A stretch of DNA of 64,000 nucleotides, taken from contig NC_043007.1 of the NCBI RefSeq assembly GCF_006345805.1, forward strand, positions 17,670,001 to 17,734,000. The letters are read 5' to 3'. This document shows, one piece after another, positions 26,985 through 38,110 of this stretch. Within the stretch, counting starts at the first letter, position 1, and every line of letters starts with the position of its first letter. A program made the position numbers and the translations under genes. The stretch is from Octopus sinensis. Lineage: Eukaryota. Under the pieces are notes generated by a model. That model had not been told where the DNA came from and did no database searches. It worked only from the letters and a program-made list of their open reading frames with translations.

Positions 26985-27283
26985 GGAGGTGCAATGGCCC
27001 AGTGGTTAGGGCAGCGGACTTGCGGTCGTAGGATCGTGGTTTCGATTCCCAGACTGGGCGTTGTGAGTGTTTATTGAGCGAAAAACACCTAAAGCTCCAT
27101 GAGGCTCCGGCAGGGGATGGTGGTGATCCCTGCTGTACTCTTTCGCTGCAACTTTCTCCCATTCTTTCTTCTGTTGGCCTGCTCGCTTTGCCAGCGGGGT
27201 GGTGTCATTTGAAGGCTAAAACAATGTGAAACGCATTGTGACCAGCGATGTGTAACATCTGATAGCGTGGTTGGTCACGGTGA
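26985..27283 (+). mobile_element. tRNA-derived SINE family 5
   Basis: A-box TGGCCCAGTGGTT and B-box GGTTTCGATTCC. Inverted copy at 28651-28946. Confidence 0.82.
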
Positions 27284-27704
27284 TGTATACATAAATGCAT
27301 ATATGTACACACACTCAAATACATTAAAAAAAAAGTACTTTTTATGGTTTAACCAGAGGAGGAAGAACAACATCATGACCTTTTTGTAGGGTCTGCAAGA
27401 CTCATATAAGAAAGAGAAAGTTACCCTGAGTCATTGGGTTCGTAGACCTGTCTGGAACGTTTGCAGCAGAGTGGACCCTATTAAGGGCATCCAAGCAGCT
27501 CAGTGGTAGATGTTAAACCAAGTGACAGATGATATCTATCTGCTTGCTCGCCATTTCTTTCCCTTCTGCTTCTCTCTCTCTCTCTCTCTCTCATACACAC
27601 ACACTTGTATTAAACTCCTTCTCTCTACATAGGTCATGTAATTAGACTTTCACTTGAGACTGTTTATTAAAGTGGTGATGATAATGATAATAATACTGTA
27701 CCTT

Positions 27705-28070
27705 TTAATCCGAATCGTGGCCGATGCCAGCGCCGCCTCGACTCGTTCCGTGTTGGTGGCACGTAAAAAGCACCATCCGAATCGTGGCCAAAGCCAGTGC
27801 CACCTCGACTGGCTTCCGTGCAGGTGGCACGTAAAATGCACCAATCCGACCGTGGCCGATGCCAGCCTCGCCTGGCTCCAGTGCAGGTGGCACGTAAAAA
27901 GCACCCACTACACTCACGGAGTGGTTGGCGTTAGGAAGGGCATCCAACTGTAGAAACATTGCCAGATAAGACCGGAGCCTGGTGCAGCCTTCTGGCTTCC
28001 CAGATCCCCGGTCGAACCGTCCAACCCATGCTAGCATGGAAAACGGACGTTAAACGATGATGATGATGAA
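27705..28070 (+). mobile_element. SINE family 3 with internal ~65-bp tandem units
   Basis: About three units containing GGCACGTAAAA precede the shared tail, which ends in (GAT)n. Confidence 0.8.
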
Positions 28071-28590
28071 GATGTTCATAGGAAACTGCAATAAATCCTA
28101 ATTGTTATAATATGGAAGAGATTATGTATTCTCTTTATCTCAAGACTAATGATAGCTTGATTCGTAAACTCACATCTCTGCTTCCACACATGTACACTCG
28201 TGTGTATATAATCTTCTATCTTTTATTTGTTCCAATCTGCGGCCATGCTAGAACACTGCCTTAAAGAATCTTTACTTGACTGAATCGACCCAGTACTTTT
28301 TTTTTCTTAAAGCCTGGTATTTATTCTATTGGTCTCTTTTGCTGAACTGTGAAGGTAAGAGAATGTAAACAAACCAACACCAGTTGTCAAGTGGTGATGG
28401 TAGTGGACACATACACACACACACACACACAATGAGCTTCTTTCAGTTTCCATCTACTAAATCCATTCACAAGGCTTTGGTCTGCTCGAGGGTATAGAAG
28501 ACACTCACCCAAGGTGCCATACAGTGAGACTGAACCTGGAACCATATGGCTGGGAAGCAAACTTCTTACCACACACCCATGCCTGCACCT

Positions 28591-28650
<60 letters not shown>

Positions 28651-28657
<7 letters not shown>

Positions 28658-28946
28658 ATCAGCCAGGCTATCAGATGTAGTTACACATCGCTGGTCACAA
28701 TGCGTTCGCATTGTTTTAGCCTTCGAATGAGGCCATCCCACTGGCTAAGCGAGCAGGCCAACAGAAGAAAGTGAGAGAAAGATGTGGCGAAAGAGTACAG
28801 CAGGGATCGCCACCACCCCCTGCTTTAGCCTCGTGGAGCTTTAGGTGTTTTCGCTCAATAAGCACTCACAATGCCCAGTCTGGGAATGGAAACCGCGATC
28901 CTATGACCGCGAGTCTGCTGCCCTAACCACTGGGCCATTGCGCCCC
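28651..28946 (-). mobile_element. tRNA-derived SINE family 5, reverse orientation
   Basis: Reverse complement of 26985-27283. Confidence 0.82.
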
Positions 28947-30833
28947 TCCCTCCCGCCTCAGGTTGCAGGCTGGTGCAGCCTTCTGGGGCTCACCAGCCCT
29001 CAGTCAAACTGTCCAACCCATGCCAGCATGGAAAATGGCATATATATATATATATATATATATAACATTATTTGGATTCATAACAAACACATTTGATTGT
29101 GTTAATTTAATTCTGTGGGAGTATATGTGTGATTGTGGGTGGACAGATGTGTATATGAGCTTTTCTTTTCTTTTGTGTGTATGTGTGTGTTTGGATGCAT
29201 CTGTATTTGAAGGTGTATTTCCATTTTTTTCTAAACAGTTAGTGCCCACTTTATTTCACTTATGTTTTGTATATCTTCACAAACACTCTGTAATTTTGTG
29301 TTTGTACATATGTATATGTTGTGTACACACACACACACACAACACACACTATACTTAAAGAGAAATGCATGCAGTTTTTTACACATACATTCTTATGCAT
29401 ATGTATAGGTATGTATGTACTATACACACTGTCATGCACATACACGTGTTAACACTTTTTTCCCTTTTCATTTATTTCTTCTGGAAACTTTCAACTAAGA
29501 GATTTTAAGGGCATGAGATAAGTCAGTGACTTTTGAATTAGTCTGCCTATAAATGGAGCAGAAAATACCAAGTGGAAGGTGTAAAACAGCTAATTGCTAA
29601 CATATGGATCTCCTTTTTTTTTCTCCTTCACCTTTCTTTCATCCCTTACCTTGTCTTAACAGGGAATTCCAAACTTGTGATATATTTGTCAGCTTTTATA
29701 GGGTGCCATCATCGGGTAAGTGAAGCAAGTAGGGAGAGAGAAGTTGAAGAATCTTTGAAGAATCTACAAGAATCTTGAAAGTCTCTTTATGATATTTACT
29801 TTAGGACGGGATGTAAGGAAGGGAAGTTAATGAGATTAACATTGAGGGAAACCTTTCTTCACCGATCATTGGTTGAATGTGGGGCGGCGGGAAGACATCA
29901 AATGGGAGAAAGATGGAAGGTTAGGTAGGTTAATGGGTGGCACGAGACTAACGGGGAGGAGGAAGTGTTCGTGGGGGAGAGGAAGTTTCGGTTTTTAGAA
30001 GTGCTGTTATACTGTTAGTAGGGGGTTCTTTTGTGTTCTGTATGAAGAATTTATGGTCTGGGGATAAGTTTACCTGGAATATTGGTTTTAATAATGTGTA
30101 GTCGTTATGGTATAACCTTGGAGTTTCTGGACAACAGTATGCATAAGGCGGCACAGTGGTATTCTTCACCCCATCTCTTTTTTGGTCAAAGTAAGGTGTC
30201 TACCTGGCAGTGGATAACTTGCATATAATGGGGCTAATGTGGAAAAATGTGAGGCCACAAATGAATTCCACACACCTCGTAATTTCAAAGCAGTGTCTCA
30301 ATTGAAAGCAATGGTATGTGGGTCAATTGAGATAATATATTAAGTTGTTAGAGAAATTTGGTTGTTTTTTTTTGTTTTTTTTAAATTTTATTTCTTGGCA
30401 CTCCCTCATCATTTGTTTGAAAAGAGGTAAAATTTATTCAAATTTCAAAAGCAATAAGCAAAAGTTGTAGAGGAAGAATAGAACTAAAAGAAAGAAAGAA
30501 CAAAAAACCTATTTATCACTATAATAAAAATATTTTTCATGTTAAATAACATTGGAAAGAATTAAAATAATTGGAAAAGAAAAAAGCAAAAAGCAAATGA
30601 AATTATTTGACAACCCAACAGAATAAAGAATTCTGCCTGTGGATTTGATCTCACGAACATTTAGTTCACTGGTTTAATTACATTAAACCAGCTTACCTTT
30701 GTAGTGTAACTATAGTAATGTGAAATAGAATAGTCTACAGATGGATGTTCTACAGTGTAGAAGTATCTAGCCTGGTGGTTTTCAGTTGTCGCCCAGTGAG
30801 CCATATTATTTACTGCAGTGTTCTATTGGTTAT

Positions 30834-31292
30834 GCCTTTAGCATCCAGATTATTCTGTCAGATATAATACTTAAAGGCGGCAAGCTGGCAGAAACGTTAG
30901 CACGCTGGGCAAAATGCTTAGCGGTATTTCGTCTGCTGCTACGTTCTGAGTTCAAATTCCGCCGAGGTCGACTTTGCCTTTCATCCTTTCGGGGTAAATT
31001 AAATAAGTACCAGTTACGCACTGGGGTTGATATAATCGAATTAATCTGTTTATCTGTCCTTGTTTGTCCCCTCTGTGTGTAGTCCCTTGTGGGCAGTAAA
31101 GAAATAAGATATAATACTCATTTATTCATTGTTTTGAATTATCCATGTGTTAACATGTGGCTTTGAGACTTTGATGATGTGACTGTTTAGTTTTAGAATG
31201 CAGGGTAGGTATGAGAGGGTGGATTTGGCCAGGTTGAACATAAAACAAGTAGAATATTTTGGCCTGATATGTCTGGTTTAAATGCTAAAGGG
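30834..31292 (+). mobile_element. MITE family B split by a family-1 SINE (30872-31106)
   Basis: Left end at 30834-30871 and remainder at 31107-31292. SINE TSD AGATATAATACT at 30860-30871 and 31107-31118. Confidence 0.72.
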
Positions 31293-31296
31293 TTAA

Positions 31297-31518
31297 CCCT
31301 TTCGTTACTGTATTTCTGTTGAGATGCTCTGTGTTTCTTTCAGTTAAATTTAAATATAACAGCGTATTTAGTAAAATAACTTGGTTATCATTCAGCTAGT
31401 GTTAGGAACATAAATTGTGACTAAGGTTTGGTGGAAGATTTTAATTCAAAACTTATGAAAACAAGACATTTGTACTACAGAGCCAGAGGTGGTTTCAGCT
31501 GGGTTGGTATTGAAAGGG
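31297..31518 (-). mobile_element. MITE family A sharing a TTAA with the family B end
   Basis: ...CTAAAGGG TTAA CCCTTTCGTTAC...GAAAGGG TTAA. Confidence 0.85.
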
Positions 31519-32479
31519 TTAAAGTAGTGAAGTATGACTGCCAGTTGGTGCCTGTTTACATTTAGGTAGTCTGAGCAATGTAATCCTTGCTCATTAGTAC
31601 TGATCTAAGGAGGGTAGGAATAACAGAATCCTGTTCAATTCAGGGAAAGTTTGTCATCTGGTATTACTTCATACCAAGATGGCAAAATAATAGCTATTAT
31701 TTCTACCAGCTTTTCTATGTTACCCGAATGCACTGCCTGCTGCTGAAGTCCTTCTGAACCAATTAACTGCAATATTACTGTAAACTTACAGACATGCTCC
31801 TAAACATTCGTTACAACATTAGCTTGCTTGCTTACATGGTACAGCATTTCTAGTAATTTATTTTACATTCTGAACTTACTCCCTTCCTCCACTTTTTGCA
31901 GTTTTAATTCATCACTTAATGTTTCTTGTGTTTATATTTACATCTCGACTTGCCACTGTAATGTTGCCATATTCCCTGCTTTCCTCTGCAGAGTATGTAT
32001 CAACAGCTAATAGTATTTAAACATTTATTCTGAAGTTAAATGGAAAATTTATTGCAATAAGTATAAGGTTTTATAAAACTGTTGTTTTAGTTATTACCAT
32101 ATTTGATGCCTCAAAAGACACACAGGCCTATAAGATGTGTCCAAATTTCAGCAGCACATATTCAGAAAAAAATGTTCTTACTGCATTGAAGCATGTAATA
32201 TAGGTCCAACTTTATATGTAATGTCCTGAGTTGATTTTTGAAGCATTTTTGGTGGGAGGAGAAAAAGTGCATCATATATGCCATCAAATCTGGTAACTAT
32301 TATCCTCTAGCATTTAAACTGACTTTAATCTAGCCCAAATATTCTACCTGCTTTATATTAAAACTGACCAGGTCTGGCCTCTTACACTTACCTACCATGT
32401 CATTCTAAAAGTAAACAATCACATCATTGAAATCTCAAAGCTATGAGATAATACATGATTAAGCCAAAACAATGCGAAG

Positions 32480-32630
32480 GGAAGTTATGGAAGAGGGAGG
32501 CCCAGGAAAACATGGAATGAAGTAATGAAGGCTGATCTCAAAACGCTGAGCCTTACAGAGAAGGTGACAGAGGACAGACATGTGGCACGTTGCTGTACTC
32601 AAGAAGACCTGCTTGCCACAACAGAATCGA
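32480..32630 (+). mobile_element. RTE LINE 3' fragment
   Basis: GSYGRGRPRKTWNEVMKADLKTLSLTEKVTEDR; the GRGRPRKTW motif is typical of RTE C-termini. Confidence 0.75.
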
Positions 32631-32651
32631 AACCTTAAAACCAAGGCGCCA

Positions 32652-33239
32652 CATGAAAATGTAGTGCGAAAAAGATCCTGAAGTTTGCCTAAGGATCCCC
32701 CAAAACAGCAACCAAAAAAGTTATGCTTTGTGTTTGGTGGGAACAAAAAAGCATTATTTATTATGAGCTTCTCCCATAAAACTAGACCATTAATTCTGAT
32801 GTGCACTGTGGTCAGCTGGCTAATTTAAACCAAAAAAATCGAAGAATTGTGGCCAGAGATTGCCAACAGGAAAGGAGTAGTGTTCCAACAAGATAATGCT
32901 TGATCATGTGTCTTTGGCTACCTAAACAAAGTTACATGAACTTGACTGGGATCTCTTACTCCATCTACTATATTCTCCCGATATTGCACCAACCGATGAC
33001 CACTTGTTTTTGTCTCTACAGAACCCATTGCAAGGAAAAACTTTTAATGATTTAGTTGGAGTCAAAATGCATCTAGATAACTTTATTCTTCAAACCCAGT
33101 CAAATTTTACGCTGATAGATGGGTAAAGGTCATTAATAATTAAGGAAATTATTTCATTGAATAAAATTTATTGAAAGGTCAATTATTTATATGCCTTGTC
33201 GCATATTAAGAAATGCTCAGAACTTTCCGGACAACCTAA
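32652..33239 (+). pseudogene. Decayed mariner (D,D34D) transposase, 3' half, with right TIR
   Basis: Fragments HENVVRKRS*, KKVMLCVWW, ELLP..TINS, RKGVVFQQDNA and HLLYSPDIAPTDDHLFLSLQN, with several stops and frameshifts. TIR-like end GAACTTTCCGGACAACCTAA followed by TA at 33240-33241. Confidence 0.9.
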
Positions 33240-33682
33240 TAACTGGTTAGTAGTAGTGGACATATTTTGACTCATCGCTGTTTTTAAATTTATTTTAAAC
33301 TCCACCCCACCAGAGTGACATTTTGTTTACTAATTAATTACATGAATAATCTCAGTTGATTAGAGCTGTTTTTTTCTATTACATACGTGAGACCTAATTA
33401 TACATGTATTTAGTTTATTAAACATTCAAACTGAGTATTTTGTATGCTAAGTACACACATCCTCTTAGGTACTTTTTCTCAGTCCTTTTGTTTGTTTCTC
33501 ACCTGTGGAATTGTTATAGACAGTGAGAATGCACCTTCATAATTGAAACACTTCATAACAGATGGGAATTTCCCTAAGATGGCAGTTCTAGACTTTTCTA
33601 AAGTCTAATAATAAGCTACTCCTTTTTGTAGTCAGATGCTAATTACTCCTTCCTACAATCCAACAGGCAGTCAGTACCTTCT

Positions 33683-34270
33683 TATTTCTTTACTGCCCAC
33701 AAGGGGCTACATGCAGAGGGGACAAGCAAGGACAAACAAACAGATTAAGTCTATTATATTTACCCCAGTGCGCAACTGGTACTTATTTAATCGACCCTGA
33801 AAAGATGAAAGGCATAGTCGACCTCGGCGGAATTTGAACTCAGAACGTAACGGCAGATTAAATACCGATTTCTTTACTACCCACAAGGGGCTAAACACAG
33901 AGAGGCCAAACAAGGACAGAAAATGGATTAAGTTGATTATATCGACCCCAGTGCGTAACTAGTACTTATTTAATCGACCCCGAAAGGATGAAAGGCACAG
34001 CCGAGTTCGGTGGAATTTGAACTCAGAACGTAGCAGCAGACGAAATACCTATTTCTTTACTACCCACAAGGGGCTAAACACAGAGGGGACAAACAAGGAC
34101 AGACAAACAGAATAAGTCAATTACATCGACCCCAGTGCGTAACTGGTACTTATTCAATCAACCCCGAAAGGATGAAAGGCATAGTCGATCTTGGCGGAAT
34201 TTGAACTCAGAACGTAGCAGCAGACGAAATACCGCTAAGCATCTTGTCCGGCGTGCTAACGTTTCTGCCA
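33683..34270 (-). mobile_element. Family-1 SINE with one head and three tandem bodies
   Basis: Units at 33683-33866, 33867-34049 and 34050-34233; head at 34234-34270. Confidence 0.88.
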
Positions 34271-34343
34271 CCACGCATTCTACTATCTGATGATGTCTAT
34301 TCCTCTTTATTATTGTTTACCCCGGGTTAACTTCGTTTAATAA

Positions 34344-34545
34344 CTCTTTAGTATTTAACTCAGCCATATCCAATTCAAACATTCCACCTATTTTTATACT
34401 GAAACCAGCCAGACCTGGCATCTAGCACCTACCCTAAAAATGAACAATCTCAGCATTGAAATATCGAAGCTACATGACTGCATGAGTAATTCAATTCAAA
34501 CCAATGTGAATAAATATGCATTACATTTGACAGAATGCTAAAGAG
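34344..34545 (-). mobile_element. MITE family B, old reverse copy (another partial copy at 32303-32460)
   Basis: Reverse-complement similarity to 50698-50918, with degenerate termini. Confidence 0.6.
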
Positions 34546-35623
34546 TGGCAACTGTGTGATCAAAAGTCAGGTGTGCAATGTAACAAGATAGCTTGTCATG
34601 GCATTGTCACCAAGATGATGCATCGTCATTATAAGTATATGACAGAGGCGAGTATTTTACTGAAGTAACATAATGGCTATAATATTACCAACTTGATACC
34701 TGTGATGTGTGGGAAGTCAGCGCTACAGCTATTACACCGTTGCGGTTGTCCATCCTGTATTAGTTTCGGGTTTTTGTCTTAAATCGTGATGGTAATAAGT
34801 AGTATTGGTTGTTGTATGTCAGCAGAAGATTAACTGTTGTGATGGCTGGTGGTACATATATATAAAGCACTATCTGAATGTGATCAATGCCAGGGCTGCC
34901 TGACTGGCTCCTGTGCCGGTGGCACGTAAAATGCACCCACTACACTCTCGGAATGGTTGGCGTTAGGAAGGGCATCCAGTTGTAGAAACACTGCCACATC
35001 AGACTGGAGCCTGGTGCAGCTGCTGGTTTTCCAGACCTCAGTCAAACTGTCCAACCTGTGCCAGCATGGAAAATGGATGTTAAATGATGATAATGAAAGA
35101 TGGTACCAACTGTATCATAGTAAATTCCTAAGTGTTGCAGTGATAACAGCATAACAACATTGTCTATGTGTACAATCACAATATTGTCTATGTGTATATA
35201 ATAATATTGGATGTGTAAATATATTCATGATGTTGGAAGTGTATATAGAATAAAAAAATTGGATGTTTGGGTATATAATCATTAGGTAGGTGCATAATTA
35301 ATGACTGTTTTTTTTTATTATTATAAATTTAAAAAAAATAAAACACCTAAATAAAATAAAACAGTTGTTAATTATGTACCAACACAATAGTACCTTTTAC
35401 TGGTTTCAGTCATTAGACTGCAGCCATATTTGGGCACTGTCTTGAATTTTTTTTTGGGTGAATGAATCAACTCCAGTACTTTTTTTTTTAATGCCTGGTA
35501 CTTATTTTATCAGTTTCTTTTTGGTGAACTGCTAAATTATGGGGACATAAATACTCTAACGCCAGTTATCAATTAGTGGTGGGTGATACACAAAGATACA
35601 TGCGCATGCACACACAGATACAG

Positions 35624-35654
<31 letters not shown>

Positions 35655-36917
35655 TGCGTGACAGGCTTCTTCCAGTTTCTGTCCACAATATCCATTCACA
35701 AGGCTTTGGTAGGCCTGAGGCTATAGAGAGAGACACTTGCCTAAAGTACCATGCAGAGGGACTGAACCTGGAACCATGTGGTTGGGAAGCAAACTTCATA
35801 CCACCCAGCCATTTCTGTGCCTACACACACCATATTTTTTTCAAATTTTAAATGCCCCTTTTCCAAATTTTTATATATAAAAGTTAGGGGTTTACATTAC
35901 ACATGGGAACTAAATGCTATCCTTTTTTCTCCAGCTAAGTGCATGAAAAGTATGTTATGTCTATTGTCCAAGCTAACTGATGTAGGAGGAACATTTTAGA
36001 TCTCTGTAATAATGTTACACTTTTGTATAATAATAATAATCCTTTCAACTATAGGCACAAAGTCTGATATTTTAGAGGAGAGGCAGCTAGTTGATCACAC
36101 CTAGATCAACTCCAGTGCTCAACCGTTACTTATTTTATCAACTCCGAAAGGATGCAAGGCAAAGTTGATCTTGGCAGCATTTGAACTTGGAATGGTAATG
36201 ACAGATGAAATGCTGCTAAGAATTTTTTCTGATGCTACCAGCTTGTTGCTTTAATATAATAATGTTTTTATTAACCACTAAGGGTGCACAAAAGATGTTA
36301 GGGATGGTACAGGACAATACAATAATAATGATTGAATGTTCATTATATTTCATAAATATGTATGAAAGATGTGAATTTATGTTACTAGTTCAACTATTGA
36401 TATCTGTTGCATAAAGCTTACAAACGATGATCACCATTGTCTTTTTAAACACTATGCATTGATCAATGTCCAACTAAATACAGCAAAATTTTGCTCATGT
36501 TGTTTTGATATGAAATAATAATAAATATAAATTAATAGATAAATAAATAAATAAAATCAACATTGTTAGCAATGAGGTACTGTTTTATTTTTGGTTTTTA
36601 TCAAAATAAATTTGTGCGAAAGCATGTGTGACTTCATGCTATAAATAGATGCTGTCTGCACCATTTTATGTTCCACAGAATTGCATTTGTTGGAATTACT
36701 AAATGTAACACTGGATTGTTTCAAATGAAATATTCAGGTTTTAACAACGCAGCAGTGACAAAAAACAATGATGCTTTGTTATTATTGCTGTGTGTTCTGC
36801 TCTCTGAATATTGTTAGTCCTTTTTACAGTTTGATGGTTTGATGTAGTGAGCTCCTTCCTTCAGCCTGATGGCATTTACCCTTTCTGCTACTTGATGGTA
36901 GTTACTCCCACTTACAT

Positions 36918-37253
36918 GAAGGCGCATGGCTCAGTGGTTAGAGCGTCGAGCTTATGATCATGAGGTTGTGAGTTTGAATCCCGGACCGAGCTGCGTGCTG
37001 TGTTCTTGAGCAAGACACTTTATTTCATGTTGCTCCACTTCACTCAGCTGTAGAAATGAGTTGCGACGTCACAGGTGCCAAGCTGTATCGGCCCCTTTGC
37101 TTTTCCCTTGGATAACACTGGTGGAGTGGAGAGGGGAGGCCGGTATGCATGGGCGACTGCTGGTCTTCCATAAACAACCTTGCCCGGACTTGTGCCTGGG
37201 AGGGAAACTTTCTAGGTGCAATCCCATGGTCAGTCATGACTGAAGGGGGTCTC
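36918..37253 (+). mobile_element. tRNA-headed CORE-like SINE family 4a
   Basis: GAAGGCGCATGGCTCAGTGGTTAGAGCG...GAGTTTGAATCCCGG, then GTGTTCTTGAGCAAGACACTT. Collinear copy at 48706-49046. Confidence 0.85.
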
Positions 37254-37648
37254 AACTCCCACTTTTATTAGCCTAAGAAACATCTGCAGAACACCCACAT
37301 CAACACACTTGGTGAGTTGAGGGTGCCCTATCTTGTCATCAACAAATAACATGATGTTTATTTACCTGTTTGCTTGTTAGACATGTGCACATATTCCCTC
37401 TGTCCCTGTCTTTCTCCCTCACAACTAGTTTCAGTTATTGAATTGTGATCATCATCTTAAACGAGTACAGACTGTTATATTGACCTTCTGTACTTAACTG
37501 GTATTTATTTTATCAACTTCAGAAGAAATCTAGGTAAAGTTGATTTGGAAAGGATTTGACTTTAGCCGTAACCAAATACCAAAAGGCATTTCATCTGAAG
37601 CTCTACAAATTCTGCCATGCACTACCTCTCTCTCTCTCTCTATCTATC

Positions 37649-37712
<64 letters not shown>

Positions 37713-37720
37713 TATATATA

Positions 37721-38110
37721 CTAGTAGTATCGCCCGGCGTTGCTCGGGTTTGTTTCGACCCTTTAGAATTGGAATTTTTGAAAAGTAAAAATTTTGCATC
37801 ATGTAGCTTGTTATTCTCTTTAAGTGAACATTTTTCTGGTTGAAATACACTGAAAAATGGCGACACAGCAGTAAAAAAATCGTAAAAAATAGGGACTTTC
37901 ATAGAAAAAAAGCACCTTTTTGGTGTAAATAATTTTTTGTGTTAACATGGTCCGATTTGAATTTTTTCTTCTACGGAAGGAAGAGCAAGCCTTCTTCTAC
38001 CATACTCTCAATTTTGGTCAACTTGCGCTGCAGGGTCTCGGAGGATATAGTGTTAGTTGAAGGCTACCAAACCTGCCATACACAGACAACTTCAGCTTTA
38101 TATCTATCTA
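37721..38110 (-). mobile_element. Non-autonomous Helitron inserted in a (TA)n microsatellite
   Basis: The minus-strand 3' end reads CCCGAGCAACGCCGGG-CGATACTA-CTAG|T, the canonical hairpin plus CTAG. Reverse complement of 18979-19369. Confidence 0.85.

Noticed and set aside
26985-27060. tRNA-like sequences (also ~36918, 48706, 49778-49851)
   Set aside because: They have A/B boxes but no complete acceptor stem and continue directly into SINE bodies, so they are SINE heads and not tRNA genes.
27705-27900. Repeat-spacer-like arrays (also 46290-46567, 53200-53460, 60355-60720) resembling CRISPR
   Set aside because: They lie in a eukaryotic intron, have no unique spacers and no cas genes, and the units are internal parts of a SINE-like family.
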